From contig NC_134475.1 of assembly GCF_964194025.1 (NCBI RefSeq), positions 15,066,001 through 15,130,000 on the forward strand: a stretch of 64,000 bases of DNA. The letters are read 5' to 3'. This DNA comes from Convolutriloba macropyga (taxonomy: Eukaryota). The translations under genes and the position numbers were made by a program. Below are positions 27,807-37,459 of the stretch, piece after piece (positions within the stretch are counted from its first letter, which is position 1; each line of letters begins with the position of its first letter). The notes beneath the pieces were generated by a model. It ran no database searches. It had not been told where the DNA came from and saw only the letters and a program-made list of their open reading frames with translations.

Positions 27807-28427
27807 TGTTGGGTTATGGGTTTTCGCAAGCGGAACAAAAGCGTTTTTAATTAAGTAGAGGAATAATTTTCTCAAGGTGAGAGAATGACAAGAATGATAT
27901 TTTACAGTAGAATTTAGAGATTTACAAGAGAGATCTGATTATTGGATCAAGATGGTGATTTGATTTTGGGGATGAAAAAAGGCTCAAAAGTCAGCTGTAT
28001 ATATACCCATTATCAGTGCGCAAAAGTCAAGATACAAAACTAATCATAGCACCATGATTTACAGCGGGAGTCGCAAGGGTTATCCAATATGGTTTGCTTC
28101 TGCAAATTTCCCAGAAATCAGTCGCAGGGGGTATCACAGATGGTATGCAATATAACTTTTCTAAGAAATCGTTCACATTTCCGGTGATATTATAATCATT
28201 CAATGCATGCTGGGAAGATTTTACATCAAATAATCTCACTCTAATATCAGTTATCTATATTCACCAGTTTGAACCGAATATTGATTCTAAGCACCATTTC
28301 TTGACGATTCATTTATATAAGTTCTGTGATCAACATCAATTTGCTCTTGTTATTGTAATCTGGTAAGTTAAACTTTCTTTCTAATTCTCATTAAGTTCAA
28401 GACTATAATTTGATCGATATTCTAACA
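27807..28427 (-). repeat. 5' LTR of the copia element
   Basis: TGTT...AACA termini. Direct repeat of 22862-23482 with about 47 mismatches by eye. Followed on the - strand by the PBS. Confidence 0.95.
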
Positions 28428-29635
28428 ATTAAGAAATGGGGAAAATATGACGGACAATTGCACTTTCCTTAAAAATGAAATGAAAAACCTTGAACAATTT
28501 TGTCTGTTCAGCTCTATTTTTTCACAAGTGGCAAAGATTAAGAAATGTGGAAAATATGACGGACACTTGAACTTTAGAGTGAATTTGAACTAATTCTTCC
28601 TACTGTTGCTTCTGTCCATACACGCTTTTGTAACCGGAAAAATTGTAACCGGGAGAACCCAATTGCTTTTCAAGAAATATAGCGGCTTGATTTGAACAGA
28701 AACTGTGATCACAACCATGGCTTAGTTAACATCAAGTTCTTGACATTCATATTTGACCCATTAAATAGTCTAAAATGTATAGTCATAAGCGTGCAAAGCA
28801 TGGCAATTTCTCGAAAGAAATATAGCGATAGTCATGCTGAATTCTATGACAACTCTGGCCAAATCTACCACAACCCATGCGGGTTGCGGAGAGATGTTCA
28901 TAAAACCAAGCACACGTAAAACCAAATCTTGATTATAAAAATGTTCCAAACTTTTTTTGCTATAAAATTACTGACTAATAATGAAAAACAGTGCTTAAAG
29001 AAATTCTTTTTTTCAGTTTTTTCTATTTTGTTTCACCAGTCGCACCAGTTTGATTTAGTGCCTTTTTGTTCTTACTCTATATACACCAGATCTCAAAAGT
29101 TGAGTTGAATTGCGATCATAATTTTATTTCTAACTGCAGACACTGCCTGTCTTTTTGATTGCCTGTGTGTGGCAATATCAACTTTATTTAGCTTAAACCA
29201 CAGTTGAGAGATAGAAGTTTTTTACAATGTCTGAAATCGCCTTTGAACCCTCGAACAGCCAATTTTTCGTGCTTATAAGAACCTGTTTTCTTTATAAAAT
29301 TGAATTTTAGAAAAATGTTGTATAAAACTTGAACGTTTCTGCATTTCACACCACAGATTTAAATATATATTATAAATATATAGCTTTGGTGTTTCCTTAT
29401 GAAATTTTGCTTGATTTATAAAAAAAAGTATTAAGCTCGACCAATAAAAAAATTCCTTGATTTTAACTACTATTAACCTCCACAGTGTACTTAAAATCAA
29501 TAGTTCCATAGTCTTTTCATAGAAGAGGTGGGGGCTGCTCGGGGTTATTACCAGGGAAAGGACTCCAAATTTGGGCTTTTTCGTGTCCGCATATCGCAAG
29601 CTTAGATAAATTCTCAAGTTTCTTGCATATTTCAG

Positions 29636-30009
29636 GGCAGATTGTTGAGTGCAAATTTACTGATGGTAAATACTTCTCTTCGGCCAAAATCACAATAAAC
29701 CTCTCGGTTGAAAAATTACGCAAAGGATTGAAGCGCCAGAATGATTTCACACTGGAGTACTCCCTCAATTGGGCTAACCGAAAACTGGTCGGCGAAGAGA
29801 CTTCTGCGACCAAAATTATTTTGGACTACGACGCAGATCTAGAGGTTTACGGCACAGCGCCTTCGGTACTGGAGAACACGCCTTTCAATGCAAACATCTC
29901 TCCGAAACTAACCTTTGTGATCAATTTGGAGAATATTGGTCCGTCAGAAATTGCAGAAACGGACGTGAAATTTTATGCTCCCTCCGATACTAAAAAATTT
30001 TCCGTCGAG
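29636..30009 (+). CDS. Integrin alpha exon (calf-1/calf-2)
   Basis: Acceptor TTTCAG|GG is phase 1. Motifs DADLEVYGTAPS and INLENIGPSEI are typical of calf-2. Donor GAG|GTAGGA is phase 0. Confidence 0.88.
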
Positions 30010-30239
30010 GTAGGAAAAATATTAGAGCTGTCCATTGTATAGTATTTTTTGCTTTAATTAGTCTGTGTGAGGAAACTAATGCGCTTTTTTCTACACTAAT
30101 AAGGGTTCGCATAGCCCAATAACAGGTGGGACTATTCCTCGCATTTGAAGCATAGCATCATAACTGTATAAATAAGTCATGTAGGGATTTTTATATTTAA
30201 CTGATGAAAAACTGCCAAATTTTACTTCACTGTGGTTAT

Positions 30240-30506
30240 CCTAGTCAACCTTAAGCGCCTATCTTAAGATCTTGTCATAATCTTGCAAGAATCTTGTACC
30301 AAATTGTTTAATATTGCAGGAGTATAATCACTGGCCGATACACATGCTGCGAAAATTTTTTGAATATATAATGGGAAAACGCTTGGCGCAATTTTTAAAC
30401 AAAAGTTCATTCCTGGGCATTGCCAGGCTATATTGAGCGATCGCTTTAGATTTGAGAGGAATGCATATGGAGGACTCACCCAATGCTAAAACACGTAGTT
30501 TGCCTT
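30240..30506. mobile_element. Older, truncated left end of a related CCTAGTC.. element
   Basis: CCTAGTCAACCTTAAGCGCCTATCTT...TCTTGCAAGAATCTTGTACCAAATTG resembles the start of the element at 30507. Confidence 0.6.
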
Positions 30507-30974
30507 CCCTAGTCGAGCTTACACGCATATCTTGTAAGATCTTGTAAGAATCTTGCAAGAGTCTTGTACCAAATTGTATAATCTTACAAGAGTCTTGCAA
30601 GATTCTTACAAGATCTTACAAGATAGGCGTTAAATAAAAGACTCTTATAAGATAGGCACGTAATCTTGTAAGAGTCTTACAAGATAGGCGATTTCTCTTG
30701 CAAGAATCTTACAAGATAGGCGTTTTCCCTTGTAAGATTCTTGCAAGATAGGTGTTTTCTCTTGCAAGAGTCTTACAAGATAGGCGTTTTTCCTACAAGA
30801 ATCTTACAAGATAGGCGTTTTCTCTTGTAAGATTCTTGCAAGATAGTCGTTTTTAATCGCCGGGGACCTAAAAAACATGGTTTTAAATAAAATATCAAAC
30901 TTCTGTCGGAAAATTATCTCAAGTCTGTTTAAAAAAACTGACTTTGTTGAGATTTTTCCAGTATGTTCTGGGTG

Positions 30975-31032
30975 TGTTCCCTCCTCCTTATCTCAACCGG
31001 GCTGGGGACCGGCTACGGCGGAGTTACAAACA
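30975..31032 (-). ncRNA. Twister ribozyme (P1-type), copy 1
   Basis: The minus strand reads U^AACUCCGCCGUAGCCGGUCCCCAGCCCGGUUGAGAUAAGGAGGAGGG. Pairings: P2 CUCC/GGAG, P4 CCGG/CCGG, pseudoknots GC/GC and CCC/GGG, with conserved UAA and GAGGG. Predicted cut between 31026 and 31025. Confidence 0.88.
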
Positions 31033-31300
31033 AACAACTATAGGAGATTTTGAGCAGAGCATTCGGTAAAAAAAACCGGGCTCAAGCTCCATCTCCAAAA
31101 ATAAAACAATTTAAAATAAAACATTTAAAATAAAACGAATTAAAATAAAACAAATTAAAATAAAACAAATTAAAATAAAACAAATTAATTAAAATAACAG
31201 CAGAAATTTAAACAATATAGCATACCATTGTCGGAAAATTATCTCAAGTCTGTTTGAAAAAACTGACTTTGTTGAGATTTTTCCAGTATGTTCTGGGTGG

Positions 31301-31358
31301 GTTCCCCTCCTCCTTATCTCAACCGGGCTGGGGACCGGCTACGGCGGAGTTACAAACA
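31301..31358 (-). ncRNA. Twister ribozyme (P1-type), copy 2
   Basis: Core identical to copy 1. Predicted cut between 31352 and 31351. Confidence 0.88.
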
Positions 31359-33739
31359 AATAACTATAGGAAATTTTGAGCAGAGCATTCGGTAAAAAAA
31401 ACCGGGCTCAAGCTCCATCTCCAAAAATAAAACAATTTAAAATAAAACATTTAAAATAAAACGAATTAAAATAAAACAAATTAAAATAAAACAAATTAAT
31501 TAAAATAACAGCAGAAATTTAAACAATATAGCATACCATTGTCGGAAAATTATCTCAAGTCTGTTTAAAAAAACTAACTTTGTTGAGATTTTTCCAGTAA
31601 GTTAGCTTACAAGAATATAAGTAAGCTTAATATAGTAAGTTAATATAAGTTTAGCTTAAAGAAGAAAATCCAGGCCTTAATTTTCTCGCCGGAAATTAAT
31701 TTTGCTCTCGGGCCTGAACAATAAGTTTCATATCAACTTCACCGTAAATAAGGTATTTGAATTACTCTACTCGAGAAATATTTTCAAATAATTGTTTCAG
31801 TGGTCTTCTCAAATATTAATAGCAACCATATTTGTTCACAGATCTTAACACTCGGGTGCAGAACTAAAAAATTCCATTGGAACCATAATTTTAACATAAT
31901 TTTGCCTTTTAATTCACAGCTTTTAGTTAAACAATCAAAACAAAGGTTTTAAGTACGTTTTTATTCCGTTTCTCTTAGTTGCTTAATTTTTTCGATGTGT
32001 TCAGAAAACGCCTATCTTGTAAGATCTTGCAAGACATCTTGCAAGATAGCCAAGTTTCACAAGAAGGCTTACACACGCTTATCTTGTAAGATCTTACAAG
32101 ATGTCTTACAAGATAAGCGTGCAGATGCAAGATCTTACAAGATAAGCGTGTGGTTGCAAGATCTTACAAGATAAGCGCTTTTTGCAAGATTCTTACAAGA
32201 TCTTACAAGATAGGCGTGTAAGCTCGACTAGGGTTATTTCAACCTTGTCATTGGGAGCCTTAAAAGCCGATATAGATTGAATAAAATCTTAAACTGACAT
32301 AAAATCTTAAACTGACGTAAAACCATTCAATCTAGTTACGGAGGGGGGGGGGGGGTTGTCAACACCACAAATTGCATATAGCCACCATATGACAATGCGA
32401 CAAGGGTTCGATTTTGACATGTCATGTGACGGATTTGAGGGCAAGCGAATGGCAAAATCTAGTTTATTGCGTGCATCTTGTAAGCCAGGATTTGTTAAAA
32501 GACCAGCATTTTAAATTATTGAACAAACACCTCCGCATTTCATACTTTTTACTGGACCCTACATAATAACTGTTCTCTATGGTTTAGTGTTATTTAGTAC
32601 CACAATCTGTGACCAATCAAATATAATGATTTTATTATATTCATAACGAACTAAAACATGCAAGAGTAATGAATGAGATCTTTTCCGTTTTGCCCCCCCC
32701 CCCCCCCACCCCCTCCCACGCGCCAGCTTAGTTGGTGCATATTCTTATTTGCACCCCCATTTTTACATAATGGTCTACTATGTAATGGCACGTGCTCTGT
32801 AACTATGGGGGTGCATAACTGTATAACATACAAGGTACAGACAGAAAAGATCCCATGAAGGAAATGGAAATTCTTTGTGATTGCGGTGTGTCAACATCCA
32901 ACGGGTGTTTATTAAGTAATCTATCGTTGTTGCAAAAATTAACTAAACATCCACAATTTAACGAGAGATCTTTCACGTGGAGATTTTGTGACACCTGCTG
33001 CTAATATAATAAAGTAAACAAAACAATTAATAACATAGCATCAACTTGAATTGACAACATAGCATTGAATTGACGTTCTCTGCAACTTGAAACAGTATTG
33101 TAATTAAAATCAAAGCATCTGAGTCCACACATCTCCAGAAAAAACACCAAAAATTAAACCTAAACAGACTCAAGTATATATAAAGACATAGACATTTTTG
33201 ACGAACTTGTGCGAAGTCTTTGAATGCGTTTTGCGTGTATACTTAGATGCCGGATAGCCGGATAACTTAGATGCCGGATAGCACAGAAGTTTTTATGTGT
33301 AGTTTTTTTTCCTTATTAGTATATGATAGTCTTGATGAACGATCTTGCTTTAGAGCGCATCAAATCATGGTCACTTATCACTAGAGCAAGGACGCCTAGT
33401 CTCAAAATAAACAAATTTTTTTAATTCTTCCATTTAAGCAAATTTTTTCTAATTCTTCTTCCATTTGTCTCGTCCACTTCTCCTCTTCCTTTTTCAATTT
33501 TAGTTTAAACAGCCGATATTTTGCGTAGAAATTGGTTGTTGGTTGTGCCCCTCTTTGGGTGAGATAAACACATATTCCCATTGGAAGTGTGCCCTCACAT
33601 TGAGTGACCATCCATATGAATAATACCCATGTGCAATTGGGTAGGTTAGTAATATGAATTGATTGAGCCTCTGTTGACCCTCACAATTGTGTCTTCATTT
33701 TTCTATTACATTACTGACTAAATCTCATAGCTGTGTTTC

Positions 33740-34150
33740 CGCCAAAAAGAACAGTGGTCGTCCCCTCCCATCATAAAGCACGCTGAGACAATTTGCACAA
33801 AACGACTATACAATAGTTACAAAAAAACTGATTCAAAAATTCTGTTATCAGAAAGCAGAGCTATGCATTGCAAGGTCTTACGAACTACCTCTGAAAAACC
33901 TCAAAAGAACTCGAAAACTAAGGTGCTAATTGAACGCTTACTTCTGCGCATAAAAATTACACTTTCTATCTGCAGCATTTGTAAGATCAAAACCACACCA
34001 TTCCACCACACCTGAAAAGACACTGGGTTGCATCCGGGATGTTATTGTTACGTCCAACGCAACTGGTTGTCCTGCTAACCAACTAGTTAAGAAAAGTCGC
34101 ACTAATCAAACCTTTTGTTCACGCACGGGTGGCAAAATTGCAGTAGAGCA
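33740..34150 (-). mobile_element. 3' remnant of an RLE-type (CRE-like) non-LTR retrotransposon
   Basis: Minus-strand translation with stops reads CSTAILPPVREQK...FLTSWLAGQPVALDVTITSRMQ...AADRK...PLVFE..GFSE, matching a restriction-like endonuclease region. Confidence 0.7.
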
Positions 34151-34275
34151 GTCCCTTTCCTTTGTGAACAAATAAAACAAAGCCTATTTTGTATCTGAAA
34201 GATGCCATCAAATTTGATTGTTATAAGATGAATGAAGACTTGAATTGAAATGAGCACAGTACAAAGCCATGAAAC

Positions 34276-34557
34276 NNNNNNNNNNNNNNNNNNNNNNNNN
34301 NNNNNNNNNNNNNNNNNNNNNNNNNNNNNNNNNNNNNNNNNNNNNNNNNNNNNNNNNNNNNNNNNNNNNNNNNNNNNNNNNNNNNNNNNNNNNNNNNNNN
34401 NNNNNNNNNNNNNNNNNNNNNNNNNNNNNNNNNNNNNNNNNNNNNNNNNNNNNNNNNNNNNNNNNNNNNNNNNNNNNNNNNNNNNNNNNNNNNNNNNNNN
34501 NNNNNNNNNNNNNNNNNNNNNNNNNNNNNNNNNNNNNNNNNNNNNNNNNNNNNNNNN
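34276..34557. other. Assembly gap (282 N)
   Basis: Run of N. Confidence 1.
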
Positions 34558-36965
34558 AAACCGGTTATTCACAGTTAGACGTTTGATTTTCAATTAGTGT
34601 AGGAAAGGCAACTTGATCATATACTTCTTGTTTTCTGATGCGTAAAATGTTTAACTTTCAGTTTGTGCTAGCTTTCTGTGATGATTTGAATAGTAGGCTT
34701 TCTTCGAACATACGGTTTTCTTTGAAAATGGGACCACCCCAATTCGATCTCTTGCACGGCTCAATCCTGAGCTTGTCCATTTTGTTTTTTGGGAGACTTG
34801 TTTGATGCCAAGAGTTGTATAGAAAAGCAGTGTCCAAAATCTTTTCAAAAATTTCACACTCAGGGTTGCGAAACTCGGACAAAATATCTTTTGATTATTT
34901 GAGAGGATTTTTATAATGCAAAGAACTCACGATTTTAGTGACGGCAATAGAATATGGACTAACTTTAATTTCACACAGAATATTGTCTAGATGATCAACA
35001 ATTCCTACCAATTTTAAATCTTGCGGAATCGAATCCGTTATCCATGCTGCTACAGATTTTAGAGCTTTAATTGCAGCAACAAAACCTGGAGCCCACGGCT
35101 CCTGTTTCTTCAAACCCTTCAGTTCACTGTCTTAAAATCTTTGGGTAACCAATTGGGTAATCATATTTTCCCCCTTAATTTCAAACCGTATTTCGCCCCT
35201 GTCACATCTGAAAAACTCATTGCTGCGAAAAATTCTGGCTGTGCTAATTTTTTTTTTGATTAGGTCTGTCAATTTTATTTCAGTTCGGTTAATGATTTGC
35301 CACATTGCTGGCGACAACAAAAGACTCGGGGGGTCTGCATTTTCAACTCTGATTAGTTACTGTGTTCTTTGTTGTGCCGGGAGTAACAAAATTTTGAAAA
35401 GGAGTCAACGATAGGCAATGGTGATTTTGCTGCTTCTGGGACCTTACTTTTTTGACGGATTTGAAGGGGTTTTTACAGTTGTTCTGTAAAACTCCTCGGC
35501 TACTTGAGTTTTCTAGCTTTGCAAAAAAAATCTTGGTTGCAAGTGTTATGCGTCAGCATCTGAGTTTGTTTTTTGAGCAATATATTTTCAACATGATGTC
35601 TCAAAAATTCTCCTACTGCAATCTGAAAGACTACTCGTTTATCTTTTAGAGCTGTAAAAGAAGCGCTAAAAGATCAGGAGTGGCAAAATCACGTAGTTGA
35701 CTCCTGCTAGAGAAGTTTATGGAAATTGCTTTGCGTGTAGCTAGGAATCAAAACGTTAATGACCAATGCAACCTGAACAAATATAAAAATTACGGTCTTT
35801 AGTGATTTCTGTTCGGCAGCAAAAACAACACAAGCAATATTTTGAGGCATCCATCTAGCGCAAACTTCAAAAAAATGGTTTTGCTTCTCGCTTATTATTG
35901 ACTGTTTTGGTATCAAGCTATGCCCAGCCAAGTCTTAATAGATTTTAAAGAATGTAAAAAGAAAAACTTATTTGCTGCAGGAAAAAAAGTTATACGGCTA
36001 AGAATCTCGTTAAAAGAATTAATCCCTCACAACTTTGTACGAAAAAAATGATGTTGTGAGATCTTGTATGAATCTTGCAAGATTTTTACAAGGTCTCACA
36101 AGACAGACTTTTTTCACTCAGATGGACTCAAGTCTTGCAATATTATTGCCAGAATCTTGCCAGAATGTGAGTCATGGCTAATGTTCCAATAAACCTTCCA
36201 ATGCAGTAAAATCGAAGCGGTGATCAACTTGGTGCTCTTCGGAGATAAATCACATTTATACTCGATTAAAAAATCCGGCCGGAATTTAAAACCTTGCAAA
36301 TTTTTGAATTCTTTAATCACCAGGGAGCTTACTTTTTTGATGCTCAAACACGATGTAAACAAACTAGTAAGATCAAATTAACAAAATTTGTTCATTATCT
36401 TTGAAAACTGTAACAAATTTTTTAAAGGCAGAGGAGCGCAACAATGCATCTGGTTTGCAACTTAACTAACCTGCAGCCAATAACAGGTTCATATTTTAAT
36501 AAGCGTTTTATATGTCTTATATTGGGGGTGCCAATTTTTGAGGTCCTTACCATCTTGGCGGAAATTTTTGTGGAGATTTTGCCGTATATTTTGAAAGATG
36601 GTAGATGTTTTGGGTCCTGAATTTTGCAAACTTTTGCTCTCCAAGTATAGTATATAATAATGAATGGCTCTCAAATACCTATTTTATTTAGTAATTATGT
36701 TAGTAATTATGTAATTTATTTAGTAATTATGAAACACAAATACGCGTACATGCTTGAAAATGCATCCAAAGTCGTCGAGTAGCCGAATGATGCTTTTGGA
36801 AAGCAGCTAACTTACATGATTAATTTTTTTGACTAGAAGGTGAGAGGGAGTATAGAAATTCTTCTGATATTTAGCTATTATAATAATGAATAATAAGGCG
36901 ATACTTATAATCAGGTGATTATAATAATACGATACCTAATCCAGAACTGTTTCCTTCTTTTTCAG

Positions 36966-37230
36966 GGTTGCAACGCGACTGCGATCATACTGGTGGATTC
37001 CGAATTGTGTTCTGAGAGTAAATGTTGTGAATATCTGTGCAAAATCAAACGGTTCTCTGCATATGCAGACCACAATCCCACTCTGAATGTACGCTTTTTG
37101 AACGAAGATAAGTGGAACGACATTGTGACTGAGAAAGAGCAGTTTTGGATAACAGCTGAGTTCAAAGTTACCAAAGAGGCCAATTACGAGACAGATGTTA
37201 AAAAACTTAAAATGCCCAAAAACTCCCAAG
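36966..37230 (+). CDS. Integrin alpha exon (calf-2)
   Basis: Polypyrimidine tract with TTCAG|GGT acceptor, phase 0. LCSESKCCEYLCKI matches the calf-2 Cys pattern. Donor CAAG|GTCAGT is phase 1. Confidence 0.85.
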
Positions 37231-37459
37231 GTCAGTTCAACAAAAAAGCATGCCGCAAAAATCATATTTTTTGTCCAAACGTCAGTTATGACTTTAGCAT
37301 TCAGTTTTACTGCAAACTTTGATTACCTTCAAAAGAAAAAAGAGATGAATCATGATCAATTTTGTTTTAAGCGGTCTAAAACTTCGGGTCTTCCACATTA
37401 TAATTACCGCACCCTTTAACAGGATTTTCCATTTAACGGTTTAGCAAACAAGGAGGCTC

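Larger units (their letters stand above)
22721..28427 (-). mobile_element. Ty1/copia LTR retrotransposon, full length, decayed
   Basis: 5-bp TSD ATTAA (22716-22720 and 28428-28432); 621-bp TG...CA LTRs; PBS GGTTATGGGCCCAG; domain order gag-PR-INT-RT-RNaseH with many frameshifts. Confidence 0.97.
21240..29300 (+). repeat. Old diverged tandem/segmental repeat (0.5-1 kb blocks) interrupted by the copia element
   Basis: Blocks recur: TTAACCAAAGATGAGA.ATGGAAAA at ~21509, ~22548 and (diverged) ~29193; GTGATCACAA...GTTAACATCAA at ~22040 and ~28706. The sequence continues across the TSD. Confidence 0.75.
30904..31599 (-). repeat. Tandem array of 2.2 units (325 bp, 311 bp, 60 bp partial); each full unit has a twister ribozyme and a 15-bp AAAATAAAACAAATT minisatellite
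   Basis: Units start with TGTCGGAAAATTATCTCAAG at 30904, 31229 and 31540 and are near-identical apart from minisatellite copy number. Confidence 0.95.
30507..32233. mobile_element. Non-autonomous DNA transposon (CMC/EnSpm-like, CCC...GGG ends)
   Basis: ~52-bp TIRs starting CCCTAGTCGAGCTTACACGC (1 mismatch), 2-bp TSD TT, and dense subterminal TCTTACAAGA/TCTTGCAAGA repeats at both ends. Confidence 0.9.

Noticed and set aside
30530-30850. Regularly repeated TCTTACAAGATAGGCG units resembling a CRISPR array
   Set aside because: No unique spacers and a eukaryotic context; these are subterminal repeats of a TIR element.
34102-34597. ORFs spanning poly-X
   Set aside because: Artefacts of the N gap.
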